From: Hemiscyllium ocellatum
Lineage: Eukaryota
Direction: 5' to 3'
Length of the DNA: 64,000 nucleotides
NCBI RefSeq assembly: GCF_020745735.1
Contig: NC_083409.1
Coordinates: forward strand, 19,178,341 to 19,242,340
A program made the translations under genes and the position numbers. Shown here piece after piece: positions 25,721 through 37,905 of this stretch; the stretch's first letter is position 1; the number at the start of each line of letters is the position of its first letter. The notes beneath the pieces are model-generated. The model saw only the letters and a list, made by a program, of their open reading frames with translations. It did no database searches and was not told the origin of the DNA.

Positions 25721-26356
25721 GAGCTAAAAATGTGTTGCTGGTGAAAGCGCAGCAGGTCAGGCAGCATCCAAGGAACAGGAAATTCGACGTTTCGGGCATA
25801 AGCCCTTCATCAGGAATGAGGAAAGTGTGTCCAGCAGGCTAAGATAAAAGGTTGGGAGGAGGGACTTGGGGGAGGGGCGATGGAGATGCGATAGGTGGAA
25901 GGAGGTCAAGATGAGGGTGATAGGCCGGAGTGGGGTGGGGGCGGAGAGGTCAGGAAGAAGATTGCAGGTTAGGAGGGGGGTGCTGAGTTCATTGGAATCG
26001 ACTGAGACAAGATGGGGGGAGGGGAAATGAGGAAACTGGAGAAATCTGAGTTCATCCCTTGTGGTTGGAGGGTTCCCAGGCAGAAGATGAGGCGCTCTTC
26101 CTCCAACCGTCGTGTTCTTATGTTCTGGCGATGGAGGAGTCCAAGGACCTGCATGTCCTTGGTGGAGTGGGAGGGAGAGTTAAAGTGTTGAGCCACGGGG
26201 TGGTTGGGTTGGTTGGTCCAGGCGTCCCAGAGGTGTTCCCTGAAGCATTCTGAAAGTAGGTGGCCCGTCTCCCCAATATAGAGGAGGCCACATCGGGTGC
26301 AGCGGATGCAATAGATGATGTGTGTGGAGGTGCAGATGAATTTGTGGCGGATATGA
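25721..26356 (-). mobile_element. 5'-truncated Penelope-like element (GIY-YIG C-terminus + terminal repeat)
   Basis: Open frame IIYCIRCTRCGLLYIGETGHLLSECFREHLW...VAQHFNSPSH...RRLEEERLIFCLGTLQPQGMN. Confidence 0.9.
25782..25817 (-). ncRNA. Minimal type I hammerhead ribozyme (Penelope-associated)
   Basis: Minus strand reads AUUC-CUGAUGA-A-GGGC-UUAU-GCCC-GAAAC-GUC-GAAU: 4-bp helix I, full core, 4-bp helix II, loopless palindromic helix III (ACGU), GUC cleavage triplet. Confidence 0.8.
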
Positions 26357-29164
26357 ATCTGGATAGCTCTTCACTCATTAAATAGAAGGAGCAAGACAGA
26401 GAGTGTGTGTGGAGGTGATGTGCTTGAGGTGCTGACTCATTTGTAGTGTCAGAAATATCTTTGAAGTTTTCAAGTTGGCAGGGTTAGTGTTTGAAAATGT
26501 CAGACTGTATCTGAACCCAGAAGTGTCTAGAAAATGAAATGTGCCATCATAACCTTTTTAATGTAGAAAGATGATTATTCCTGTAAGGTGTTGACCCTGA
26601 CCTCAATTTCTTTCTCTTGGAATGGAAATTTAATTTCTCAATTTTCTTCCCTGTTCTCCCTATTCTGACTGAGAATTTGGCCAAGTAATCACTTTTTGTT
26701 TCTGAGCCTTTATCATGTGTTGCCAGGCAAATTAGAGAAGGAATCACAGGGTTGATCCATTCCACATGAGTGCACTTGGCCAATTGGATGGATTTTCTTA
26801 CCTTTTCTGTCTAAGTTGAACCTGTTCCCTACAGCTTGGAAATTGATCAGTTGCAGAACACTTCAGCTCGGTGGTGTGCAACAATATCACAGTGTTGTGT
26901 GTAATCGTACAACAGGGCCTAAGACTGTTGTCTGGTCTTGATCTGTGCAACTTCAGAAAAGAAAAGAAAACTTGTTTTAAAGGCACCTTTAACAATCATG
27001 GGACATTCTTTATGTGGCTTACAGCCAGTGAAATACTTTGTAGTTTGTGAAATACCAAATGCAAAATACAATTGGAGAATATTAGGTTTATCAAAATAGC
27101 AAATTGTTGAATAGAATAATCTGTTGAAATAAACATTGACCAGAATGCTGAGGTCTTCTGCATCTGTCTCATCTGAAGGACACCATCTGAAAAATAGTGC
27201 AGTACTCCCTTAGTACTGTACAGATCATTCTGCTATAATGTGCATTTCATTAACGCAAATTTGCTATAATATGATTGACAAATTGGGAACACTGTTTCTA
27301 AAGCACGAACTTTGAAAACATGTGGTGGCCGATTACATCACGAAGACTTTAAGTGCTGTTTCTAAAATGTGATCTTTTTCTATATCATGGGGTTTGGACA
27401 GCAATGCAACCATTGTGTTACGAAGAACTACCTGGAGTGAAATGTCTGCCTGGATTATCTGCTCAAATGTCTGGTGGGATTATGAACCCACAATCTACTG
27501 TCTCAGGCTACACAACTGCTATCTGGTCAGTGACTGCACTTTCCTGCTCTTAAAATAAGTGGCACAGTCGTGATGAAATACCCTTTGGGTGTAGTGTGCA
27601 CATTATATTATATCATATTGCTTCCATTCTGATCCTCTTTATTTGTCTAAATCAATTCAGAACCAACTAATTTCCTGAATTATCAACCCTTCCACACATT
27701 CTCATGTTAATAAATTTTATTCATTGCCCTGAAGGCCTCAATTGACAGAGAACAGCAAAAGACCAAGTGGAATATCAGATCTAATTGTTTAAAATATTAA
27801 ACTTCTTTGATTTATACAATATTGGATTAACCTACATGCAGAGGAGCTTCGATTAACTGGCATTCGATTATCTGAATTTCGGATCATCCGAACTACATTG
27901 TAAGATCCCGATGCTTGGCTAAACTGTATTTCCCCGAATTCAATTATCCAAACAAAACACTCCTTCCCCATGTCGCTCGGGTAATCGAGGTTCCTCTGTA
28001 AGTTGTTCCATTGTTTTGATATTGTGCTTCCTTATGAATCTACATTATTACCTGAAAAGCACATGGCTGTTCTGGGTTGTGTTTAATTGTTTGCAGTGAA
28101 CAGGACATTCACAACAACATCAAGTGTCCCAAACTAATCGTCATCCAAGTGATTTACCTTTCTCCTCCTGTTATTTTTAAAATATTGGAACTATCATTAA
28201 ACCTTCAGAGGAGTCACAGCATATAACCGTGTGTCAGCTCTTTTCCAGTTCCTGATGAGAAATATTTCTGCCATGACACTAGCCAACCTCTAACTTTACA
28301 GTCACTTTCAAATAAATGTTTGTTCAAACCATTCTTTGTTTCTGTATCAAAGGCATTTGCTGGAACAGGCAATAATATTTGAAGAGCTCATTTATCCACC
28401 ATTTTCCAAGGGTGGGTGGTGGAGGCTTTCCTTGGCTAATTCTCTTTATTTTCACCATATAAGGGAAGTTGACCTGCCAGACACAAATTGGGCATTTGTG
28501 TCTGAGCATAAGTTGGACTTTCGCTGCAGATTGCAGCTGCAGTAACATATCCCTATTGTGACCTTTTACCACCTGCTGTAGTTGCTTTATCAAACTCCCT
28601 GTTTGGTTATGTATATCTCATGTTCTGAAAAGATTTCTGTGCTGTGGCTGTCTGTGACTATTGGACTCTTTGTGACACTCTGCGACAAACTATTTCTCTC
28701 TGTGACTCTCTGTGACTCTGTCTCAATCAGAATGACAAATGTCACAATGTGTTTATTGCACATTTCTGATAAATAATTTGTCTTGTGGAAAGGGAACATG
28801 CATTTAATGTGAGGTGAACTGATAGAGTTGTGAAAAGAGGTCTGTAATGTAAGAAAAAAATGTCAATCATGGTTTAACTTTGCTAACATCAGTAAATGAG
28901 TATTAACCATTAATTTACAAAAATGGAACATTTACATTGTAAGAAGGAAGAGAGACGAGATAATGTAGGGACCAGGAAATGGGACTTGGCCAGATTAGCA
29001 GTTGTTTAATGAATGGTAGAGTCTCAGAAAAACCACCAAATATTTGCAGGGGGCAAATATTTGGCCAAAGGACTGTTATAAAGAAAGAAATACTTACATC
29101 TAAATAGTGAGTTTTGTGGTTATGGGGAATCTCAAAATGGCTCTCTGCCAATGAAGTACTTTTT

Positions 29165-30311
29165 TGTTATAAGTGTTTTCTGTCTAGGCTTTCTGAATCT
29201 CCGGAGAATAGTTCCTGACACTTGGCTAACTATTCTAACTCTAGGGATCTGATTCAGAACAACCGGGTCCTGCCTCCGAACTCTGCCAACCGCGGACTGT
29301 CCTTTAACCCTTGTGTCAAGGGAGACTGTCCGCAAGGTTAAGTTCAAAAAGGCGAACTCCAAGTTGACTGGTATCAGCCCTTATCCCCACCGGCTATCAC
29401 TTCTCCCGTGGCAAATCGAAATACTGCGAGACACACACAAACGGAGCAACAGATGTTTATTCAATCTTCGAAGATTGGGCGAGTTTCCAAAAAGGACTTC
29501 GGAAATCGCAACGGGAGATTTTACAGCACTAATACTTATACATTATTTTTCCATTCAAATACATTGGTGATAATTTCATTGGTTTAAACATCTCACACTA
29601 TGGATTTTTCTTACATTAAAAATCATTAATGACAATTCCATTGGTTAAAGCATTTCACGCTTTTCTCTGCCAATTTCTTTAATTAAAATGTTATATTATT
29701 TTACAATTTCTGCTATTTGGTATCTTCATGTTCTACTAGTTATAACATTTATTGATTTTTGTGTATGTCATGAAAAGAGCTTTCATTGTATTTTGCCCTC
29801 TGTGTCTAATCGAAGCATTCCTTGGTTTCTTGCCCAAGGTTACCATGTTCCTGGCTTTACAGAGGTAACTTCTAGTTCATGCTTCATTATGGCCTAGTCA
29901 ATCTTTAGTTTCATAATTTAGCTTCTATTCATTAAACCTCAGTTTTAGTACAGAAATTACCCCACTCATACCAAGAGAGTGTGTGTGTGAGTGTGAGTGA
30001 GTGTGTGTGTAGGTGTGTGTATGTGTGTGGGTTTATGTGTGAGGTGTGTGTAGGTGTGTGTATGTGTGTGGNNNNNNNNNNNNNNNNNNNNNNNNNNNNN
30101 NNNNNNNNNNNNNNNNNNNNNNNNNNNNNNNNNNNNNNNNNNNNNNNNNNNNNNNNNNNNNNNNNNNNNNNNNNNNNNNNNNNNNNNNNNNNNNNNNNNN
30201 NNNNNNNNNNNNNNNNNNNNNNNNNNNNNNNNNNNNNNNNNNNNNNNNNNNNNNNNNNNNNNNNNNNNNNNNNNNNNNNNNNNNNNNNATTACATTAACC
30301 ATATTATATCA
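29165..30311 (-). repeat. 3' LTR (contains TG-rich simple repeat and an N gap)
   Basis: TG...CA ends; on the - strand CCAAT boxes (~29562-29645), TATAA (~29536) and AATAAA (29457-29462); PPT (aaaaagacagggggaat) at 30312-30328. Confidence 0.92.
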
Positions 30312-30326
30312 ATTCCCCCTGTCTTT

Positions 30327-32210
30327 TTATGCAGTCTGTAATTTCTGCAACATAATCATGGCCTGTCTATTCCAATCAGCCTCAGGATCATTTGCATCAG
30401 CTTGAAGGTGAATGCCCACAACTGTATGCGGGTCACTCTTAATCAAAGTAGTCTCAATAAGGCGGGTAATTAGACCACGCAGACATGGAATTATACAACA
30501 GCCCAAAGCAACTAAAATCCCGATTACCAACAGAAGTGTAATCACCACTGAGACCATCACCCCCTTCCATTTATCGAACCACCGCTCTAGCCAGCCAGTC
30601 CAATTAGTATTTACACATGAATTCTCAGCTATCTCATCAGCCAGTGCCTGGAGACCTTCCAGGGCACGGGTCACCGAGCCATCAGGGGCCGTATTGTTGG
30701 GAATAAAAGTACAACATTGAGAGCCTATCATGACACAAACGCCCTCCTTTTCAGCTAAGAGCATGTCCAAGGCCAGTCTATTTTCCCAAGCCATACGACT
30801 GGTGGCATCCAGTTATTCGGTCAAACCCTTTACTGCATCTCTAGTATAGTTAATAAACCGTGCTTGGTTGTAATAAATGTAGTTTATCCAATCCATATTC
30901 TTATTAATAGTAACCCACCAGAATAGGGATGATTCAAAGCCTGCTGAAGTCTGGTTACGAGCTTTAAACTCATCAGGCACTCCCCTAGGGACCCCTATTG
31001 AATCAAGATAAATCCCTTTATCAAAAGAAGTGGATAGCAGTGATCTCTTATCTCTTCCTTTTTTCCCAACTAAATGTTCTCTTTCAAATGCCAGGGTGAA
31101 TGGTATTGCCAATTGTACAATTGCACATATCCCCTTCCAATCAGGGGGCAGGGTGGGTCTCAGTATTTTCCCTCCACAATACCACCACAGATCCGCTCGG
31201 GGAACGTTTAAAGATGAGTAATTTCTTCCTTCTACTGCTTCAGTAACATTTTTAATCACCGAACACAATCTCAGCTCCCCCAAATCAATAGATCCACCCT
31301 GTCTATAAACACACGATGTGTGATTCCCAACAGCGGCAGAAAACACAGGGGGAGCTTGCCTCTTATGTCCTTTTAAGGAAGAGAACATCAAAGACAAAGA
31401 GGCACAATTCGGATTTTTCCATGCAGTCTCATCTTGATATAGGGCTATCATGCATTCCATGCCCTGTTTGTTTCGCTCCCACCCGAGCGGAAAGGGAACT
31501 ACCTGAGACACTGTCCCACTGGAGGCACATGCATAGCAATTGCTTTTGTTCAGACTTTTTACAGTATATTTAACCCATTCAATTCAGGCATTTGTTTATC
31601 CATATCCTGTTTCTATTTCAAGAGTCTGTCTCAGGTCTTTAACCTCTATAACCTGCAGTGACTTTGGATCAGTGTAAGGGGTTAAAGGTTGCAGTTTAGA
31701 ATCAAGGAATCCCAAAGGCTGTCCCCGTCCGACGCCAATTCAAAAATAGCAGCCCACAAAACGCTTCCCATACACTGTCATCTCTATCTTTAAATCTTTA
31801 CTAAGGAGTTGGGACCCATTCTTATGGGGAAATGAGTCTTCAGAGGAAGCATTTTTAATGGTGAGATATATATAGGATGACACTTCCTGTCAAAACAGTG
31901 ATGCTAGGCGGTGGCTTTTGCGGTTCGGTAGGGTGTGAAGAAATATCTTGGAGGAAAGATATTCCCTTTGAAACTCTACATCTGGGCATTCTACTTAGGC
32001 TGCAAGCATCAATTTTTATAACTTGTGGAAATTCCGAAACAGAAATCATTAACACAACATCTGAAAAAGATATATGAGCAAAACTCAGAAGTAACAGGAA
32101 TAGCAGCATAATTCTGATGAGTGCTAAGAACTTAAACAATATATCAAAGCACAAAACAAGATTAACATACAATTCTGAAGAAACAGTCCCCGCACTCACG
32201 TCGCCATAGT
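30327..32210 (-). pseudogene. env: env (gamma-type) with several stops
   Basis: CYAC (CXXC), RDKR furin site, GVPRGVPDEFKARNQ...WINYIYYNQ, ISD ENRLALDMLLAEKEGVC, CX6CC and TM anchor. TAA at 30813-30815; further stops in ETGYG*TNA*IEW. Confidence 0.92.
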
Positions 32211-32229
32211 ATAGTCAGTTAATCAAAGT

Positions 32230-34040
32230 CTGTTCAGTCTGAGTTATAGTGGGTCACGTGTTGATTCGGCTGTCCAGTCTCCTTTCTTAACTGGAGAGGT
32301 GACTGGCCATTTGCCAGCTTTTCTCCGCCGTTCAATGGTGAGGAGTACTAGGAACGGGCCGTCCCACACAAGTTCGAGAGTTAACTGTTGTCAATGTTTG
32401 ATCAAAACCCCTTCACCGGGTTCAATAGTGTGCACAGTGAAATCCAGAGGTGGTGTCTGAGTCAGGAATCCCTGGTGGAGTAAACGAGAAACAGCGAAGC
32501 CCAGAGTCTCAACATATTTACAGATACACATATCTCGTGACTCAAGCTCTAGGTGATAAACACTCAAACATTCATGCACTAACGAACAGATGACTTTCAG
32601 CCAGAAACTCAACAAAATGTAATAGCTTCCGTTCTCTCTCTCTCTCTCATACGGTGTTGGTCTCTCTGTCTATGTCTGCCTGTCACTGTATTCTGTGTCT
32701 GGGAACTGTTCAGCGTCGGTTGTCAGTAACATCAATGCAGCCCTGCGCGCCGTATAGCCCCCACGAAGCGCAATACAGTCTACTTACTGTCTCAACGTCC
32801 TGAAACTCACTCTCAAGTTACCCATGTTAATTCGCATCTACCCTCAGAGTTTCTGTTCCCCCCTGCCTTATCAGCAGCCTATTTCTTTGTACATCTGTTC
32901 CGGAGCCACTGCTCCCCTGCCTCACTGGCAGCCTATCTCTCTGTGTAACTGGGTACATTTGCCCCTGGAGCCCCTGCTCCCCTGCCTCATTTTCCTGAAG
33001 GTGGATACCACCCCTCATGTCGTGTGAATTTGGAATTGTTCTAACTTATTACTACCTTGCACTCAATCTCATGAATGGTCCTCCTTTCCATAAGAAGTCA
33101 GCCGGATTTGAACATGCATCCACCTCTATCTTAAGGTCCTCTCTATCTAAGAGCACTGCCTCATATTTCAGGATTCGGGAGTCTGTGAGCCATCGTCCCG
33201 CTTTTTGATTCAGAATATGCGGACTTGGTGAGGAGTAACCACAGTCAGTGGTGCTCCAAACGTCAGTTTCTGGCTTTCTTCCACTAGCTTAGCAGTGGCT
33301 GCTACTGCTTGTACACATTCGGGCCAACCCCGTGAAACGGGGTCTAGGATTCTGGAGAGGAAAGCTACAGGTTTTCTATGTCCACCCCATTCCTGAGTCA
33401 AGGCCCCAAAAGCCGTCCCGTGCTTGGCGTTAACAAAGAGTCGAAAATCTTTATTAAAATCTGGCAAGCTCAAAACCGGTGCTGTAACTAATTTTTTTTA
33501 AAGTTTCAATCAGCATTTTTCCTTCTGGGTCCCATTTAACCCTGTCCGGAGCCTCCTCTGTTAGCTGCAGGTATAGCCTTTTTGTAAGAGTAGCATAATT
33601 ATATATCCAGAGTCTGCAATAACCTAGCAAACCCAGGAACTTTCGGAGTTCCCTCTTAATTCGGGGTAGTCCTAATTCTACAATTCCCTTTACTCTTTCA
33701 GGGCTTATTCTCTTCTGCCCTTGACTAATCAAATGCTCTAAATATCTTACTTCCCATTCCACATACTGTAGTTTGTTCTGACTAACTCGCAATCCCTTCA
33801 CTGCAAGGTAGTTTAATAAATCATTGGTTCCCTGCTGTGTGTCAGTTTGGGTGGGACCGGACAACAGGAGGTCGTCCACATACTGAATTAACTTTAAAGT
33901 TGGTCTTAAAGTCAAGCCCTCAAGAACTTGTTCTAGGATCTATCCAAACAAGTTTGGTGTCTCGGTAAAACCTTCAGCTAAGACAGTCCACCTATACTGC
34001 TGTTTTCTCCCAGTATCAGGGTCCTCCTTAAGTTCTAATA
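32230..34040 (-). pseudogene. pol: pol remnants (RT core/connection and integrase C-terminus)
   Basis: QYRWTVLAEGFTETP, IQYVDDLLLSG, LRKFLGLLGYCRLWI, GHRKPVAFLSRILDPV, IN C-terminal WDGPFLVLLT. No recognisable RNase H or IN core. Confidence 0.9.
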
Positions 34041-34399
34041 AAATCATATCATGAGAGAAAAAAAAAATAACGTTGAGCATTCATAAAATTACAATCAAAA
34101 ATAGCACACTGAATCAAATGACAAACAACAAGTTTCACACATAAAACCATTAACAAACAGATGAATTCAAGCCAGAGCACACAGTGTTAAACTGCTTGTT
34201 AGCTAAGAAGCCTTTTAAAAAAAAATCCATACACAAACACAAATTCTCACATCCACAGAGACTTTTTTTTACAATCAAATTTACACACACAAAGACACAC
34301 ATAAATCTTCACCAACACAAAATTCCTATCGGGGGCCGGCCCACAAAGACATAAATATTCAGATTTAGATAACCACCTTATTTATCTGACTCCTTTTGT

Positions 34400-36449
34400 C
34401 TTTCATACAGTCTTCCCTTACTACTGCTACCATTATCTTACAAATACTTTCTGAACCTCCTGTAACAACTCCGACTCATTTCTACTGTTCCTGTCCTCTA
34501 TCTTCTGTAACTTCTTCTGGATATCAGGCCATGCCTTTGTCACGAAGTGAACCTTTACCATCCGTCATCCTATTTCCCCATCTGGGTCTATACCCGAACA
34601 TTTCCTAACCGACTCCCTTAATCTGTGTAAGAATGCACAGGGAGACTCGTCCTTTCCCTGCCTCAGGTCGAAAACCTTGGCTAAATTTTGTTGTTTGGGG
34701 ATGCAGGTTTGTATCCCTTGGATTATCAAATTTTGCATGTCTAACATATTATTCCACCCTTCTATATTGTGGTGGTCCCAGTTAGGGTTCTGAAGGGGAT
34801 ATTTGTCTTCACCCCTAACCATCCCCATCTCATGCCAAATTGTCCGGCAAGCTTAATACCGGCACTGCTATTAGTTTTTTTTAATCTCAATTAACACTTT
34901 CCCTATCCAGTATCCCCCAGTAAATAGTATATTCAAAAATAGACATTAACTCAGCCCACATATACAGACTGGGCCTCAAAAATTAATTTGTTCTGACAAT
35001 CCTATCGGATTCTCATCCAGGACCGTCATTTCCTTTTAAATGTTCCGACCTCCGCACTGGTGAGGGGGTCACACACAATCTCCTTGTCCCCTATCGGCAC
35101 TTTAGTCGATACGTTCTTCCTTTTTTTAAGAAGTATTGCAATGTTCCTAGCTTCTCATATCCTCAAACACCAATTTATTAATTCATGCTTGACTAACTTT
35201 AAAGCCTGTTCCTAACTTGTAAACATATTTATATATTTACGTCCATTTATTCAGTATTTAATATTTAAAATGTAAAATGCATACAGTTCCCAATTTTAAA
35301 ATCCACTGTATTCACCCAGATTTAGTACCCTAATTTAGATCCAAAATTAGTTTTCTTATGTACTCCTGACCAATTATTTCTCAATTACAATACTTTAGGT
35401 CATAAAATAATCAGAGCTGTCTTACAATAATTTGTCAATTCAAGTTTAAAAAAAAATTCTAATGCCCGAATCCAAGGTCTCAGATAATAACCATGGAAGT
35501 TATCGTCTTTTTTTCCCGACAGTCTACTGTTGAACTGAAACTACAACTGTCCTTCACATATTGAAAATAAATCATGTTAAGTTTACATAAAGATCACATT
35601 TAAAACAATCCTGGAACTCAAGCTCCAGTGAATAAAACTTCCTCATTCAATCACCAACAAACCAATGTGCATTCAAACCGAATCACAGAGGGTTAAATGT
35701 TTTGCGAGCAGTTCTCGCACTCTCTCTCTCTCTGTCGGTTTTACTGCTAGCTGCTGGTAAAAAAATAAACTTCAGTTGTCTTATATAATTTGAGTTTAAT
35801 GGGGCTACAACAAATCCTGTGGTCCTTTCCCCAAACGGGACCTCCCGTAGGGGACACAGTCTCACTACTTCTTTATCACCTTTTCCCCTCATCTCTCTCT
35901 CCTTTAGTCGTGCAGATCTCCTTACCCCCTCAGCCCCTGCTGCAGTGGCTTCCACGTCCCCTTCGCCAGATCCCCTGAATCCCGCTCCCGATTCTCCAAC
36001 GGCCGCTGCCGTTGTTCCTCCTGAAGAGCATATGGCGGGGGTGCCACAGGCGGGGGTAAGTTCTCTAACACTTCCCACTTACTCTCATTCAGTGGGGTTA
36101 AAGGATATAAGGGTACTGGGGTTGGAGCAGTTGCTGTCAGGTTCCCTACCCAACATGCAGCATACTCGCTCTCCTTTAAACCTGGATAATGTTTATTCTT
36201 TACATAGTCATTTAAAATTTGACAAACCCAATCCTCGTCCGATCCAAATTTTGGCCAGATCACTGATGGCGGACGGATGGGTTCTTTTACCCAAACAAAA
36301 CAACAGTATTTTATCATTTCCTTTTTCTTTAAGCCCCGACTTTCGTAGGGACTCCAATTCCCCAATTTTCGTCCCAGCGGACTATTAAGGGGAATCTTTG
36401 GGGTTTCGTCTTCCCGTTCCTTTTTAGACCTGGAACCTCGACCACCCAT
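34400..36449 (-). pseudogene. gag: gag remnants (MA, PPPY late domain, split capsid)
   Basis: MGGRGSR...IPLNSPLG...MIKYCCFVW; PPVAPPPY; LCPLREVP...GFVVAPL; MHR-like DLRQGKDESPCAFLHRL. Frameshifts and a non-coding insert at ~34850-35770. Confidence 0.88.
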
Positions 36450-36769
36450 GGTTGATCTTCAGGCTAACCTACACTCTGGTTACTCAATTAACCCTTGTAT
36501 CCCGGTTACCTGTCACAACCACCGAGTCGACAAGGCAGTGTACCCTTCTCAATTCCGCGAAAACCCCAAAATACCAGAGAAGGTTCGTATCTTGATCCTG
36601 TGCACGGAGTTGTCCGACTCAAAGTAAAAAATCACCTTTTTACTTTTTCGAAGATTCAACCTTTTTACTTTATTGCGAGCGCCACCTATTCACATCGTTT
36701 GCTCAAACATCTGTGTGTGTCACAGTGTCCCAGAATCATTCAGAGCCTCCCGTGGGAGTTCTGTTTAGG

Positions 36770-36789
36770 ATCCCGGACACGAGCCCCCA
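36770..36789 (-). promoter_or_regulatory. Primer-binding site, tRNA-Pro type
   Basis: Minus strand TGGGGGCTCGTGTCCGGGAT versus canonical PBS-Pro TGGGGGCTCGTCCGGGAT (2-nt insertion), 4 nt from the LTR end. Confidence 0.85.
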
Positions 36790-36793
36790 AATT

Positions 36794-37905
36794 TATTATA
36801 AGTGTTTTCTGTCTAGGCTTTCTGAATCTCCGGAGAATAGTTCCTGACACTTGGCTAACTATTCTAACTCTAGGGATCTGATTCAGAACAACCGGGTCCT
36901 GCCTCCGAACTCTGCCAACCGCGGACTGTCCTTTAACCCTTGTGTCAAGGGAGACTGTCCGCAAGGTTAAGTTCAAAAAGGCGAACTCCAAGTTGACTGG
37001 TATCAGCCCTTATCCCCACCGGCTATCACTTCTCCCGTGGCAAATCGAAATACTGCGAGACACACACAAACGGAGCAACAGATGTTTATTCAATCTTCGA
37101 AGATTGGGCGAGTTTCCAAAAAGGACTTCAGAAATCGCAACGGGAGATTTTACAGCACTAATACTTATACATTATTTTTCCATTCAAATACATTGGTGAT
37201 AATTTCATTGGTTTAAACATCTCACGCTATGGATTTTTCTTACATTAAAAATCATTAATGACAATTCCATTGGTTAAAGCATTTCACGCTTTTCTCTGCC
37301 AATTTCTTTAATTAAAATGTTATATTATTTTACAATTTCTGCTATTTGGTATCTTCATGTTCTACTAGTTATAACATTTATTGATTTTTGTGTATGTCAT
37401 GAAAAGAGCTTTCATTGTATTTTGCCCTCTGTGTCTAATCGAAGCATTCCTTGGTTTCTTGCCCAAGGTTACCATGTTCCTGGCTTTACAGAGGTAACTT
37501 CTAGTTCATGCTTCATTATGGCCTAGTCAATCTTTAGTTTCATAATTTAGCTTCTATTCATTAAACCTCAGTTTTAGTACAGAAATTACCCCACTCATAC
37601 CAAGAGAGAGTGTGTGTGTGTGTGTGTGAGTGAGTGTGTGTGTAGGTGTGTTTATGTGTGTGGGTTTATGTGTGAGGTGTGTGTAGGTGTGTGTATGTGT
37701 GTGGNNNNNNNNNNNNNNNNNNNNNNNNNNNNNNNNNNNNNNNNNNNNNNNNNNNNNNNNNNNNNNNNNNNNNNNNNNNNNNNNNNNNNNNNNNNNNNNN
37801 NNNNNNNNNNNNNNNNNNNNNNNNNNNNNNNNNNNNNNNNNNNNNNNNNNNNNNNNNNNNNNNNNNNNNNNNNNNNNNNNNNATTACATTAACCATATTA
37901 TATCA
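36794..37905 (-). repeat. 5' LTR
   Basis: Near-identical to 29165-30311; terminal CA reads TA here; contains the same simple repeat and an N gap. Confidence 0.92.

Larger units (their letters stand above)
29165..37905 (-). mobile_element. Class I (gamma-like) endogenous retrovirus, defective provirus with two LTRs
   Basis: LTR-PBS-gag-pol-env-PPT-LTR order on the - strand. The insertion splits aatgaagta(t)ttttt|gaattctgg of the tandem repeat. The TSD falls in a T-run and cannot be resolved. Confidence 0.95.

Noticed and set aside
27320-28545. Coding-looking stretches (WSEMSAWIICSNVWWDYEP; PPFSKGGWWRLSLANSLYFHH)
   Set aside because: No recognisable family, no clear splice sites, and nearby stops. 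A blastx would settle it.
29981-30405. ORFs containing X runs (also 37614-37974)
   Set aside because: Artefacts of N gaps within the LTR simple repeat.
30813-31511. Truncated soluble Env as a domesticated restriction factor
   Set aside because: Additional stops and a frameshift lie between the signal peptide and this ORF, so no secreted product is supported.
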